Positions 1 through 10,910 are shown, counted from the first letter of the stretch. The stretch is DNA of 64,000 nucleotides from Candidatus Latescibacterota bacterium (GCA_965206595.1 OZ242214.1:5760001-5824000); one strand, 5' to 3'. The notes: generated by a model not told the origin, from the letters alone. Program-made: numbers and translations.

Positions 1-1230
1 GCTCTCCAAGGTCACCACCGCCGGGTCGACGAGCATGCCGACCGCCAGCATGAGGCCGGTCATGGTCACCATGTTCAGAGTCACCGTCGATCCGAAGAAC
101 TCGCGGGCGGCGAAGAACCCGGTGAACACGCACAGGACCGACACCGGTATGGCGACCGATATTACCAGGGTGCTGCGGATATTGCGCAGGAACAGGAAGA
201 TGATGCCGATCGCCAGGACCGCGCCGAGCAGGGCCGAGTCGGTGAGTTTGTCCACTTCCCGCAGCACCTGCTCGGAACGGTCGCGGACGATCTCGATTTC
301 CAAGTCCCCGCCGTACGACAGCTCGATTTCCCGAAGGGTCGACCTCACGTCGCCGGCCATGTCGACGAGGTTGGCGGTGGAGGACTTGTACACCTCGACG
401 GTGACGGCGTCGGCGCCGTTGAGGCGCTCGTAGCGCTTTTTCTCGGGGTAGTCGTAGTTGACCGGGCCGACGTCCTCCAGCCTCAGGGCGGTCCCGGCCA
501 GCGGCAGCTCGCCGATTTCGTCGGCGCGGGCGAACTCGCCGAGGGCCCGCACCTGGTAGCGCTGGTCGCCGTCCATCACCCGTCCGAGAGAGACGTTGAC
601 GTTGTTCTCCCTGACTTGCCAGGCGAGGTACGGCAGCGACACGTCGTGGTCCTGCAGCCGCTGCTGGTCGAGCTCGACGATCAGCTGCTTTTCCTCGATC
701 CCCTCCACGGTGACGTTGGCGACCCCGTCGAGGCGCAGCAGCTGCGGCTCGATGACCTTGCGGTAGATGTCGAAGAGGCGGTCACCCTGTCCCCGCCAGG
801 CGACGTTGGCGTAGAGCGACGGGCGCTCGTCGCTCTGCCAGCGGCGGATGCGCACGCTCCGGACATCTGCGGGAAGGTTTCCCCTGATCGCCTCGACCCG
901 CTCGCGCACCTCCATGGTGGCGATGTCCATGTCGGTGCCGGCCTTGAACTCTACGCGCACCGACGAATTGGAGGAGGAAGAGGTGGCGCTGACGCGGTCG
1001 ATGTTGCCGAGCAGGGCCAGCGATTCTTCCAGGGGCCGGGTGATGTCCCGCTCCACTTCCTCCGGAGACGAGGACGGGTAGGAGACGTTGACGTTCACTC
1101 CCAGCGAGGAAATGCTCGGGAACGACTCCAGCGGCAGCCGCGTGAGGGAAATGACCCCGAGGACGATCATGCTCAGGGTCGCCATCACCATGGTGATCGG
1201 CCGCGCGACGGAGAATTCGGCGAGTTTCAT
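1..1230 (-). CDS. RND efflux permease subunit, AcrB/AcrD/AcrF family (runs off the left window edge)
   Basis: Manual translation from ATG at 1230 (AGGAG RBS upstream): MKLAEFSVARPITMVMATLSMIVLGVISLTRLPLESFP...LAVGMLVDPAVVTLE, a typical RND N-terminus and TM4 motif. Absent from the ORF track because there is no stop in the window. Confidence 0.92.
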   Translation of the reverse strand, partial: MKLAEFSVARPITMVMATLSMIVLGVISLTRLPLESFPSISSLGVNVNVSYPSSSPEEVERDITRPLEESLALLGNIDRVSATSSSSNSSVRVEFKAGTDMDIATMEVRERVEAIRGNLPADVRSVRIRRWQSDERPSLYANVAWRGQGDRLFDIYRKVIEPQLLRLDGVANVTVEGIEEKQLIVELDQQRLQDHDVSLPYLAWQVRENNVNVSLGRVMDGDQRYQVRALGEFARADEIGELPLAGTALRLEDVGPVNYDYPEKKRYERLNGADAVTVEVYKSSTANLVDMAGDVRSTLREIELSYGGDLEIEIVRDRSEQVLREVDKLTDSALLGAVLAIGIIFLFLRNIRSTLVISVAIPVSVLCVFTGFFAAREFFGSTVTLNMVTMTGLMLAVGMLVDPAVVTLES

Positions 1231-1345
1231 TATCGCTCCTCCGGCCGTGCCGCCTGCGCATGCGGGCGGAGGGGGGGCGGGCGAAGAGAGCAGGGCAGGC
1301 AGGGGCGGAAACACCTGCGCCCGTTGCGGCTGGGCGGCAACAGGT

Positions 1346-4300
1346 TCACGGGGACCGGTCCACCAGCGTGTATACCACCGGGATGACGATCAGGGTCAGC
1401 ACTGTCGACACCAGCAGTCCGCCGATCACGGTGATCGCCATCGGCGCCCGGATTTCCGCCCCCTCACCGAGCCCCAGCGCCATCGGCAGCAGCGCCAGGA
1501 TCGTCGTCGACGTCGTAATCAGGATCGGGCGAAACCGCAGCTCGCCGGCGCGCAGCACCGCCTCCGTTTTTTCCATGCTCTCCCTCCGACGGAGCTGATT
1601 GATGTAGTCGATCAGCACAATGGCATTGTTGACGACGATGCCGGCGAGCATGATCAGGCCGATGAGCACGACGACGCTGATCGCCGTGCCTGTGAGCATG
1701 AGTGCGGCGGCGCTGCCGACCATTCCCAGCGGGATCGTGAACATGATGACGAACGGGTGCAGAAGCGACTCGAACTGCGACGCCATGACGAGATAGACGA
1801 GGAATACCGCCAGCAGCAGGGCGAACTTCATGCTGTCGAACGAGCGCACCATCTCCTCGTTCTGGCCGCCGACGTTGATGCCGAAGCCCTCGGGCAGGCT
1901 CATCCCGGCCCCGGCCGCCTCGATCGCGGCGACGGCGCTGCCGAGGTCGAGACCGCTGAGGTTGGCGGTCACCACGGCCACGCGCTCCTGGTCGATGCGC
2001 CGGATTTCCGCGGGGCCTTCGACGATGACGACGTCGGCCACGGCCTCGAGAGCTACCGGAACGGCGTAGGAAACGGGACTGACCACCATGCCCTTGAGGT
2101 CGGCGAGGCTGCGGCGCTCCGACTCCACCGAGCGCACGCGCACGTCGATCCTGCGGTCCTGCCGCGTCAGCTCGGTCGACACCTCTCCCTGCAGCTTGTT
2201 GCGCAGCAGGTCGCCGATGTCCTGAATCGTCGTGCCCAGCTCGGCGACCCGGTAGCGGTCGAAGACCACCTGGATTTCCGGCTGCCCCCCCTCGACGCTC
2301 GACTTGACGTCGACGAGGCCGGGGATCTGCCGCATCCGCTGCGCCAGGTCGTCGGCGATCAGCTGCAGGGTCTCGAGGTTGAATCCGGATACCTCGACCT
2401 CGACCGGCGTGCGGAAGGAGAAATAGGACGGTCGCGAAAACTTGTGCTCGAGGTCGGGAACTTCCCCGACGAGATCGCGGACCTTCTCCATCACCTTCTC
2501 TTCGGTTTCGCGGCTGCGGTGGCCGGCCTCGAGGCGCACGAACAGCTGCGCCATGTTCTCCTTCTTCTCGTCCGCGTAGCCGCCCGTCTCGCCGGTCGCC
2601 CCTACCATGCTGAAGGCGGTCTCGACCTCGGCGAACTCTTCGATGCGGCCGTCGAGGGCGGCGACCTGGGCCGCGGTCCTCTCCAGCGGGGTTCCGGCTG
2701 GCAGCTCGATATCGACGAGGAACTCCCCCTGGCTCATCTCGGGAATCAGCTCCAATCCGAGGTCGCGGGCGCGGAGCAGCAGCAGGGCCGGCAGGGCCGC
2801 GAAGACCAGGAGCACGGCGGCGCGATGGGCGAGCGCCCCCTGCAGCAGGCGCGGGTAGGCGGCGGAGAGGGCGCCGTAAGACTTGCTGAACAGGCGCTCG
2901 AACGGGTAGATCAGCAGGCCCGCCAGCCGTCCGATGGCCGTGAAGAATCCCCGAAGCAGGCCCAGAAGCAGGGCCGGACCGCGCACGAGGGCGCCCCCTT
3001 CCCCCGCTTCCTCCGGCGCCAGCGGGCGCAGGACGAGGGAGGCAAGCATCGGGATGAGCATGAGGGCCACGAACAGGGATGCGACGAGTGAGTAGGTCAC
3101 CGCGAGCGCCTGATCGCGAAACAGCTGACCCGCCACCCCTTCGACGAACACGAGCGGCACGAACACGCAGACCGTGGTCAGGGTCGCGGCGATGACCGCA
3201 TTGCCCACCTCGCCGGTGCCCTGGCGGGCTGCCTCGACGATGGACAGCCCCAGCTCTTCCCGGTGCCGCCGGATGTTCTCGAGCACGACGATGGAGCTGT
3301 CCACGAGCATCCCCACCCCTAGGGCCAGGCCCCCCAGCGACATGATGTTGAGGCTGACGTCCGACACGAACATCAGAAAGAAGGTCGCCACCACCGAGAT
3401 CGGGATGGAGAGCGAGATGATGGCGGTGCTCTTGAGATGTCTGAGGAACAGGTAAAGGAGGATGACGGCGAGGATGCCGCCGTAAATTGCCGTCTTGAGC
3501 ACCTCGTCGACCGCCTGCCGGATGAAGGTCGCCTGGTCGACGACGACCTCCATTTCTCCGCCGGCCAGGAGGTCCGCGTAGTCGGCGCGCACCTGGTCGA
3601 GCTCCCCGGCCACGGTATCATGCACCCTGACGGTGTTGGCGTCCCCTTCCTTGTAGACGGCGATCTCCACCCCTTCCCTGCCGTTGATGCGGGTGATGAC
3701 GTCGCGTTCGCGATGGCCGCGAAACACGCGCCCGACATCGTTAAGCCTGATCGCCGCCCCCGCCGGCCGGGCGATCACGATCTCGCCGATCTCGTCCCAG
3801 CTCTGAAATTCGTTCAGGGTACGCACCAGGAACTCCGCTTCCCCGTCCTTCAGCAGACCCCCGGTGAGGTTGACGTTCTCCGCGGCCAGCCGCGCCGTGA
3901 CCTGGCCGATGGGAATGCCGAGGTGGGCCAGCCGCGCCGATTCGACCTCGACGTGGATCTCCTCTTCGAGCCCCCCCTCGACGCGCACCGCGGCCACTCC
4001 TTCGAGGCTTTCGAGGTCCAGGCGGATACGCTCCTCGGCGATCCGCCTCAGCTCCATGAGATTGGCGCCGCCGTAGAGGGCGATGCGCATTATCGGGTCG
4101 AGCGAGGGGTCGAAGCGCAGGAGAATCGGTTTGTTGGCGCCGACAGGCCGCTCCCCCATGTCGAGCTTCTCGCGCAGGTCGAGGGAGGCGAAGTCCATGT
4201 CGGTGCCCCAGGCGAACTCGACGATGACGTCGGACAGTCCGGGCCGCGATATCGAGCTGACCCGGATGACGTTGCTCACGACCCCGACGAGTCCCTCGAT

Positions 4301-4498
4301 CGGTTCGGAGATCAGGCGCTCGATTTCGTGGGGCGAGGTCCCGGGGTACTCGGTGCGGATCGTGATCGTCGGGTAGGTGATGTCCGGCAGCAGGTTGACC
4401 GCCAGGCGCGAGAAACCGACCGCACCGAAGGCGACCACCGCCACCATCAGCATGGCGACGGTCACCCTGCGGCGGATGGAGAAGTCTACGAGTTTCAT
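1346..4498 (-). CDS. RND efflux permease subunit (1050 aa)
   Basis: GMLVDSSIVVLENI, GIVVNNAIVLID and RFRPILITT motifs; full RND length. Confidence 0.95.
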   Translation of the reverse strand: MKLVDFSIRRRVTVAMLMVAVVAFGAVGFSRLAVNLLPDITYPTITIRTEYPGTSPHEIERLISEPIEGLVGVVSNVIRVSSISRPGLSDVIVEFAWGTDMDFASLDLREKLDMGERPVGANKPILLRFDPSLDPIMRIALYGGANLMELRRIAEERIRLDLESLEGVAAVRVEGGLEEEIHVEVESARLAHLGIPIGQVTARLAAENVNLTGGLLKDGEAEFLVRTLNEFQSWDEIGEIVIARPAGAAIRLNDVGRVFRGHRERDVITRINGREGVEIAVYKEGDANTVRVHDTVAGELDQVRADYADLLAGGEMEVVVDQATFIRQAVDEVLKTAIYGGILAVILLYLFLRHLKSTAIISLSIPISVVATFFLMFVSDVSLNIMSLGGLALGVGMLVDSSIVVLENIRRHREELGLSIVEAARQGTGEVGNAVIAATLTTVCVFVPLVFVEGVAGQLFRDQALAVTYSLVASLFVALMLIPMLASLVLRPLAPEEAGEGGALVRGPALLLGLLRGFFTAIGRLAGLLIYPFERLFSKSYGALSAAYPRLLQGALAHRAAVLLVFAALPALLLLRARDLGLELIPEMSQGEFLVDIELPAGTPLERTAAQVAALDGRIEEFAEVETAFSMVGATGETGGYADEKKENMAQLFVRLEAGHRSRETEEKVMEKVRDLVGEVPDLEHKFSRPSYFSFRTPVEVEVSGFNLETLQLIADDLAQRMRQIPGLVDVKSSVEGGQPEIQVVFDRYRVAELGTTIQDIGDLLRNKLQGEVSTELTRQDRRIDVRVRSVESERRSLADLKGMVVSPVSYAVPVALEAVADVVIVEGPAEIRRIDQERVAVVTANLSGLDLGSAVAAIEAAGAGMSLPEGFGINVGGQNEEMVRSFDSMKFALLLAVFLVYLVMASQFESLLHPFVIMFTIPLGMVGSAAALMLTGTAISVVVLIGLIMLAGIVVNNAIVLIDYINQLRRRESMEKTEAVLRAGELRFRPILITTSTTILALLPMALGLGEGAEIRAPMAITVIGGLLVSTVLTLIVIPVVYTLVDRSP

Positions 4499-5850
4499 CG
4501 CCCCCCTGGGGCGCCGCCGGCGCCCGTGGAGTCGCTCCCCGTTCTCGCGGCCATGCGCGATTTGAAGCGCTTCCAGGACTCGACGGCCTCGGCCTCGCTG
4601 AGACCGCGGCGCTCCTGCACGCGGGCGATGAAGGCGGCCGAATCCGGCATCTCCCCGTCGCCGCCGAAGCGGCCTCCTCCAGAGCGGCGGCCGCCGCCGA
4701 AGCCGGGAGACGGCCGTCCCCCGGGAGGCCCGCCAGCGGATTCCGCGCTCTTCACCGCCGCGGCAGCCATCTGCGCCGCCTCGCTGCCGACGGTGCGCAC
4801 CGCGGAGCCGTCCTTGAGCCCCTGCTGGCCGATGGTGATGACCGCTTCACCCTCCGCGAGCCCGGAGACCACTTCGACGAGATCGCCGCTGACGTACCCC
4901 AGCTCGACGCCGCGGCGCCGGGCGCGTCCCTCTTCGACCACGAAGACGTCCTCCTCGTCGGTCTCAAGCACCAGCGCCTTCTTGGGGATGACCAGGGTTC
5001 CCGCGTGCACGTCGGTGATCAGGCGCACGGTTGCGAACATGCCGGGTTTGAGCCCGGTGCCTTCGGATACCTCGAGGGTGACCTTTACGGTTCCGCTCAG
5101 CGGATCGATGCCGGGGTTGATCATTCTCACTTCGGCGGCGATCCGTTCCCCCTCAATGCCGGAGGCGGTGATCTCGGCGCGCTGGCCGACCTGCACCTGG
5201 CGCACGCGCTTTTCGGGAATGCGGATGCGCGCCAGCAACGGCTCGAGATCGGCCACGGCGAACAGCTCCTCGCTGGCGCGCACGAGATCCCCGACCTCGA
5301 TGTTGCGCAGCATCAACAGGCCCGCGATCGGCGCGCGAATGTCGGCGTAGGCGAGGTTGAGACGCGACTCCTTGAGCGCGACCTCGGCGTTGGCCAGCTG
5401 ATTGCGGGCGGTCTCGTACTCCTCCTCGCTGACCAGCTGTCGTTCGAACAGGGCCTGGCGGCGGCTGTGCGAGGCGCGCGCCTGCCCCAGGGCCGCTTCG
5501 TCCTGTTCCACTCGCAGGCTCAACTCCTCCTTGTCGAGGCGGGCGAGCAGCTCCCCCTCGCCGACGCGGTCCCCCTCTTCGACTAGCAGCTCCTCCACGG
5601 TTCCCTGGGTGCGCGCCACCACCGTCACCCAGCGCTCCGCTTCGAGGCGCGCGTGCGTCTCGATGTAGCTGGAAATGTCGCCGCGGGCTACCGCCGCGGT
5701 CTTAACCGGGATCGCCGCTTTCTCACCGGGGGAGCCGCCCCACTGGCCGCGGTCGCCGCGCGATGGACCCCCCTCCTCGCCGCCGCAGGCGCTCAACAGG
5801 GCGCCGAGTGCCGCCGCCACGACGATTCGCACTGCGTGAACTGAGACCAT
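4495..5850 (-). CDS. RND periplasmic adaptor (membrane fusion protein), probable lipoprotein
   Basis: Lipobox-like LSAC, VEEGDRV and IRAPIAG biotinyl-like motifs, LKPGMF; overlaps the permease start by 4 nt. Confidence 0.92.
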   Translation of the reverse strand: MVSVHAVRIVVAAALGALLSACGGEEGGPSRGDRGQWGGSPGEKAAIPVKTAAVARGDISSYIETHARLEAERWVTVVARTQGTVEELLVEEGDRVGEGELLARLDKEELSLRVEQDEAALGQARASHSRRQALFERQLVSEEEYETARNQLANAEVALKESRLNLAYADIRAPIAGLLMLRNIEVGDLVRASEELFAVADLEPLLARIRIPEKRVRQVQVGQRAEITASGIEGERIAAEVRMINPGIDPLSGTVKVTLEVSEGTGLKPGMFATVRLITDVHAGTLVIPKKALVLETDEEDVFVVEEGRARRRGVELGYVSGDLVEVVSGLAEGEAVITIGQQGLKDGSAVRTVGSEAAQMAAAAVKSAESAGGPPGGRPSPGFGGGRRSGGGRFGGDGEMPDSAAFIARVQERRGLSEAEAVESWKRFKSRMAARTGSDSTGAGGAPGGR

Positions 5851-6108
5851 GTTCACTGGTTCACCTTTCCGTTTGGCAGAATGACAACCAAGGTTGGACC
5901 ACTCCAGGGCTGCTCCTGTTTAATCCTTCCCGTATTCCGGGTTCGACAGGGAAATACCGCTCAGGGGGCAGGCGCACGATTCCCGGGGGGGATCGCGCAA
6001 GCGCCGACTGCCGCGCTCACGAGTCGTTGGGGTGTCGTTTTGACCCGGATCCGGGTACAGGGAGAGAGCAGAGGAGGCTGGTTCCGGGAAGCACCCGGGG
6101 GGCGCGAT

Positions 6109-6891
6109 TTATTCGCCCTTGCCGGAAAGCTTGTAGCTGCTCGCCGTGTAGGTGAGGGTCTGCCCCGCCTTCATCTCCTGCACCCTGGTGTTCGAAGACA
6201 GGAATTCAACCGCCGTGGAGAGCGTCTCGATGTCGGCGGGCTGGCCCATCGCTTCGCCGTAGTGGCAGGGAATGACCACGTCCGGGTTGACGAAGCTGGC
6301 GGCGCGCGCCGCCTGGCGGATGTCCATCGTGTACTTGCCGCCGACCGGAAAGATGGCGACCTGCGGTCCGTACATCTGGCCGATCAGCTGCATGTCGCCG
6401 AACAGGCAGGTGTCGGAGGAGTCGTAGATCGAAATGCCGTTGTCGAAAGCGAGCACGAAACCGCTTACGGCGCTGTCAGGCCGGAAGTAGTCGTTGCCCG
6501 TGGGCGGCCCCTTGACCAGGTGCGGAGCCATCGACAGCGAGTGATGCGCCTGCACCATCGTGATCGACACGTCCTTGACCTTTACGGTCCCTCCCGGGTT
6601 CATCGTCAGGGCGCGGCTCTCCATCTCGAGGCCGTGCGCCTCGGCTACCTGGCACATCTCGTAGTTGCCGACGAACTTGGCGTTCGTTCGCCTGCAGATC
6701 TCGAACGAGTCGCCGATGTGGTCCATGTGGCCGTGGGTGGCTATGACGAGGTCGGCCTTGCGCACCTGCGACAGCCTGATGTTCGCCATCGGATTGTCGT
6801 CGAGCCAGGCGTCGAAGTAGATGGTCGTGCCATTGTCCGACTCGAATTTGAACGAGGCGTGACCGAGGAAGGTGATTTTTACGGATGCCAT
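6109..6891 (-). CDS. Metal-dependent hydrolase, metallo-beta-lactamase fold (UPF0173/UlaG-like)
   Basis: FLGHASF, THGHMDH, AHHS and IPCHY motifs. Confidence 0.9.
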   Translation of the reverse strand: MASVKITFLGHASFKFESDNGTTIYFDAWLDDNPMANIRLSQVRKADLVIATHGHMDHIGDSFEICRRTNAKFVGNYEMCQVAEAHGLEMESRALTMNPGGTVKVKDVSITMVQAHHSLSMAPHLVKGPPTGNDYFRPDSAVSGFVLAFDNGISIYDSSDTCLFGDMQLIGQMYGPQVAIFPVGGKYTMDIRQAARAASFVNPDVVIPCHYGEAMGQPADIETLSTAVEFLSSNTRVQEMKAGQTLTYTASSYKLSGKGE

Positions 6892-7077
6892 GTGTTCCCT
6901 CCGGGATTAGAGAAGGTGACGGTTCATCCGCAGCCCGGAACTGGCTGTGGAGTTCGGGCCGGCGGTACGACACTTGCGATCCGCGTACGGCAGGTGCAAA
7001 CCGCCGGGATACAAAGGCTTATTAGGCAGCCTGCGGGTCAAGCAGGACGGGACTTCCAGCTCCCTGAGAGCCCGCCC

Positions 7078-9465
7078 CTATTGCGACTCCCGCTGCCTGG
7101 TAGTCGAGGCGGCGAGACCGTCGATCTTGAGCACTTCTCCGGTCTTGCGGTCGACCTGTCCGAACTCGAGGACCCCGGTGGGGCAGGACTCGACGCAGGC
7201 GCTGCAGCGCACGCACTCGGGATCGGCCATCGGCAGACCCTTGTTGGCGAAGTTCATGATGTCGATGCCCTGGTGGCAGACCGAGGTGCAGACGTTGCAG
7301 GAGATGCACTTCTTCTTGTCGGCGAGAATGCGGAAGCGGCTGAAGCGGGCGTAGATGTGCATCAGCGCAGCCAGGGGACATGCGAAGCGGCACCAGACGC
7401 GGCCGCTGAACCAGAAGTAGGCCCCGTACCCCACGATGCCGGCCAGCAGCAGATCGACAGCCCACTTGTAGTTCAGCTGTATGCCGAACGGTTTCCAGCC
7501 GTACAGCAGCCCGGCGTAGAAGGCGGCGAGGCTGCTGCCCAAACCGGTGTCGGGCCAGATCCAGCTGATGACCCGGGTCGCCAGCAGGAGGAAGCAGATC
7601 AGCAGGATCGCCTGGCCCAGCATGTTCGCCCTGTTCCAGGCGGCCCCGTGCGGCATCTTGTGGCGGTGGGTATCGCCGAGGGTTTCGGCCATGGCGCCGC
7701 AGGAGCAGATCCAGCCGCAGTACGCACCCTTCCCCCAGAAAAAGATGATCAGCGGGATGAGGACGAAGGTCTGGACGAGACTGATGCCCAGCCACCACCA
7801 GAGCGGCTGCGAGGTGAACACGTTCCAGATGAACAGGGGCCAGGCGAGAACGAAACCGAAGGCGCGCCAGTACTCGCGGCCGTGGCCGTAGTCGACGGCG
7901 GGAAACAGGGCGTCGGCGAAGCTCTTGCCGAAGCCGCCGTCGAACCAGCCGTTGTACCCGAGCCAGGGGAGCAGGAGGTAGGGCAGCAGGAACAGCGGCA
8001 CCACCTGGACCGCGGCGAGGGTCCAGGTCTGCACCTTGACGTACGGGGTGCGCCGGCGGCGGATACGCCGGATTCCAAATACGACGACGAGGACGCAGTA
8101 AAGCAGGCTGTAGTAGAAGCCGGGTTCCCCGAGGTTGAAGTTGAGGGTGCCAAGGATGGTCGCCGGGTCCGCGGCCATGGCGCCGAGGGCCCCGCCGGCC
8201 TGGCTGAGCAGGGAGGGAACGCTGAAGGGAAACCAGCCGCTCCCCTGGAACCAGCCGGTCAGCGAGCCGCCGGCCTTCCAGTTGTAGACGAAGGCGCACA
8301 GGGCGGTGAACAGCCCCAGGCAGGCCCAGTTGCGGGGCCGCAATTCGCCGCGGATCGCCACCCCCGAGCGGCGGAAGAACTCCAGCGGCGCCTCGCGGCC
8401 GATCATCGAGAAGACCGCGTCGTTGGGGATGCGGACCTCCTGCCTGTCGGCATCCTCGATGGCGACCTCGTTCTCCTCGATCGCCTTGAGGTTCGACGCC
8501 ATCATCATCCGGACCGAGCCGGCGCGGCGGCCCCCTTCGAGGAAGGCGCCGCTGCTCGTCGTCACCCGCTCGGAGGTCGGGGTGTCGACGGCGACGTCGG
8601 CCATCGGGTCGGCCGACAGCATCTCCAGCTTCTCGATGTTTTCCGGCTTTGGCCGGGCGAACTCCGGCTTGCGGTAGGAGAGGGTGACCCGCCCGCCGGC
8701 GAGGGCGACGGCGATCGCGGTTTCGAGGGCGCTGTCGCCGCCGCCGACGACGAGGACGTCGCTGTCGCCGTAATCCTTGGGGTCGTGCAGGCGATTGGAG
8801 ACCTTGTCGAGCTCCTCCCCCGGGACCCCGAGCTTGCGGAAGTTCCCCGAGCGCCCGATGGCGACGATCACCCGGCGCGCGCGCACCGTGTCGCGCCCGG
8901 GAACGATCAGCTCGAATTGCCCTCCGCCGCTGCGCACCTGCTCGACGCGCGCCATCGTCGGGACGATACCGTTCTCCAGGGTCTGGCCCTTGAGCTCGGC
9001 TACCAGCGGCTCCTTGACTTCGGCGGTGAACTGCAGCTCGCCCGCAGGCACCATTTCGGTCGGGTAGGTGAAGATCGGCTTGCCGCGCGGGAAGTTGACG
9101 ACGGTGGAGAACGGCTCGGTCGCCTCGAACAGCTCGAAGCGCAGACCGGCTTCCCGGGCGGCGAGGGCCGCGGCCATGCCGCTGACCCCGGCGCCGACGA
9201 TGGCGACGTCGAGGATGTCGCCGTCCCCCCCGGACTGCCGCTCCTGCTGAAAGCGCTGATCGTCGCGGATGTGCTCGACCGCCCTGGCGCCGCTGTCCGA
9301 GGAGAACTTCAGCAGCGGAATGCCGGTGAGGTCGCCGACGATGTAGAGCCCGGGGACGTTGCTGCGATAGTTCCCGTCGACCTCGGGCAGCTTCTCGACC
9401 ACCCCTGCGGGCCAGCGCGTGTGCAGCCACTTCGCGTAGGATCCAAGAGTTCGCATCTCGATCAC
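7078..9465 (-). CDS. FAD/NAD(P)-binding thioredoxin-reductase-like domain fused to a polytopic membrane domain and a 2x[4Fe-4S] ferredoxin domain
   Basis: IVGAGVSG and VVGGGDSA dinucleotide motifs; TM helices; YCGWICSCG and WCRFACP; CISCNVCTSVC and CVRCSACVESCP. Confidence 0.85.
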   Translation of the reverse strand: MIEMRTLGSYAKWLHTRWPAGVVEKLPEVDGNYRSNVPGLYIVGDLTGIPLLKFSSDSGARAVEHIRDDQRFQQERQSGGDGDILDVAIVGAGVSGMAAALAAREAGLRFELFEATEPFSTVVNFPRGKPIFTYPTEMVPAGELQFTAEVKEPLVAELKGQTLENGIVPTMARVEQVRSGGGQFELIVPGRDTVRARRVIVAIGRSGNFRKLGVPGEELDKVSNRLHDPKDYGDSDVLVVGGGDSALETAIAVALAGGRVTLSYRKPEFARPKPENIEKLEMLSADPMADVAVDTPTSERVTTSSGAFLEGGRRAGSVRMMMASNLKAIEENEVAIEDADRQEVRIPNDAVFSMIGREAPLEFFRRSGVAIRGELRPRNWACLGLFTALCAFVYNWKAGGSLTGWFQGSGWFPFSVPSLLSQAGGALGAMAADPATILGTLNFNLGEPGFYYSLLYCVLVVVFGIRRIRRRRTPYVKVQTWTLAAVQVVPLFLLPYLLLPWLGYNGWFDGGFGKSFADALFPAVDYGHGREYWRAFGFVLAWPLFIWNVFTSQPLWWWLGISLVQTFVLIPLIIFFWGKGAYCGWICSCGAMAETLGDTHRHKMPHGAAWNRANMLGQAILLICFLLLATRVISWIWPDTGLGSSLAAFYAGLLYGWKPFGIQLNYKWAVDLLLAGIVGYGAYFWFSGRVWCRFACPLAALMHIYARFSRFRILADKKKCISCNVCTSVCHQGIDIMNFANKGLPMADPECVRCSACVESCPTGVLEFGQVDRKTGEVLKIDGLAASTTRQRESQ

Positions 9466-10910
9466 CTCACCAGGGTCATCACCCGGGTCTCGCTGACCCT
9501 TTCGCTCTCGACCAGGAGCCGGCAGAGGTAGCTGCCGCTTGCCACCTTGCCGCCGTCTTCGTCGCGGGCGTCCCAGCGGTAGATGTAGCGCCCCGCGTCC
9601 TGGAAGCCGCTGGCGAGGCTGCGGACCTGCTGGCCGGCGGCGTTGAAGATGGTCAGGTCCACCTCGGCGCCGCGCGGAAGGCCGTACTGAATGTGGGTGC
9701 CCGGGTTGAAGGGGTTGGGGTAGTTCTGGGCCAGGGTGATCGCCCTGGGCAGGGAAACGTCGAGCTCTACGGCGGTGTCGGGCTCCGGCAGCTCTTCGAC
9801 GATCCCCTCACCCTTCCAGACCGGAGCCCCGTTCCAGAAGGTGTCCCAGGCGAACCACATCGAGTTGTACGCCGGGATCTGCTCGAGCCGGGTCCCCTTG
9901 AGCTCGCCGGAGACCGCCTCCCCCAGCATGTTCCAGCGGCTGCCGGTCTCGACGTCGACGAACTCGACCGGCAGGTCGCCCAGCGGCTCGGCGAAGACGA
10001 AGGACAGCGACCTGCCCCCGACCTTCCTGCTGTAGGGAATGGCGGTGCGCGAGGCGCGGTCGAAGACGACGAGCAGGCTGTCGCCGCCGACTTCGTCGTT
10101 GATGACCACCCCGTCCGGGATGTCCTTGAAGGGGTACGACTTGGCCTCGCCGTTGCGGGAGATGCCGAGCACGGTCTCCTTCGCCAGGATGCGGCCGTCG
10201 AGATCCGGGGTGGCAGTGGTCATCGGGAAGAAGATGGCGAGGTGATCCTCGCGGTAGCTGTCGTAGGGGTAGATCTCGTACTGCCCCTCACGCAGGTAGC
10301 GGTCGCGCTGGCGGCTGTCGTAGCGGTCCATGCCGGTTCCCGACAGGGCGACCTCGGTGTCGGGGTACATCTGCTTCCACATCGACCAGGTGGTCTCGAC
10401 GATCGGCAGCAGCTCTAGCTTCTCCCCCAGGTAGCGGCCGCTGATACCGGTGTAGATCATCTGCGGGTACAGGGTCAGGCCGTCGCGGCGGTCGTACATC
10501 ACAAGGTTGCTGTTGATCAGCTGCCCCGAGACGCCGAACTCGATCTGCGCCAAGTCGTCGCCGGTGGCGTCGAAGTCGAGGGCCGTGCCGGTGAGCGGAC
10601 AGAGCGTCACCGAGATGAACTGGCCGCCGATCTCGTCGTTGATGATCTCGTGCCACCACCCGAGGTTCTCCGGGTAGGCCTTGGCGACGCCGTGCCTGAA
10701 GATTCCCATGACGAGGTCGTCCTCGCGCACGTACTTCGCATCCTCGGGCCTGCCGAACTCCGGGTTGGTCAGCGCCGGGATGCCGTCCTTGGCGGGGCCG
10801 CCGCTGAACAGGTGCTCCGTCAGCCCGGTGACGTCGTCCTGCAGGTACTCACCGCCGGAGGCGGGCAGCGCCGCAAGGGCGCAGATGGCCGCCGCCAGGC
10901 TCTTGTTCAT
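9462..10910 (-). CDS. DUF3179-family protein with signal peptide and C-terminal FlgD-Ig/T9SS-like sorting domain
   Basis: KDGIPALTNP, AKAYP..WHEIIND, TLCPLTG, NSNLVMYDR, MWFAW; C-terminal QNYPNPFNP. Confidence 0.85.
   Translation of the reverse strand: MNKSLAAAICALAALPASGGEYLQDDVTGLTEHLFSGGPAKDGIPALTNPEFGRPEDAKYVREDDLVMGIFRHGVAKAYPENLGWWHEIINDEIGGQFISVTLCPLTGTALDFDATGDDLAQIEFGVSGQLINSNLVMYDRRDGLTLYPQMIYTGISGRYLGEKLELLPIVETTWSMWKQMYPDTEVALSGTGMDRYDSRQRDRYLREGQYEIYPYDSYREDHLAIFFPMTTATPDLDGRILAKETVLGISRNGEAKSYPFKDIPDGVVINDEVGGDSLLVVFDRASRTAIPYSRKVGGRSLSFVFAEPLGDLPVEFVDVETGSRWNMLGEAVSGELKGTRLEQIPAYNSMWFAWDTFWNGAPVWKGEGIVEELPEPDTAVELDVSLPRAITLAQNYPNPFNPGTHIQYGLPRGAEVDLTIFNAAGQQVRSLASGFQDAGRYIYRWDARDEDGGKVASGSYLCRLLVESERVSETRVMTLVR

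Noticed and set aside
5881-9531. 1216-aa plus-strand ORF and other long antisense ORFs (e.g. 1088-3091, 15810-17942, 48447-50711)
   Set aside because: Shadow frames of well-supported opposite-strand genes in high-GC DNA, with no family motifs.
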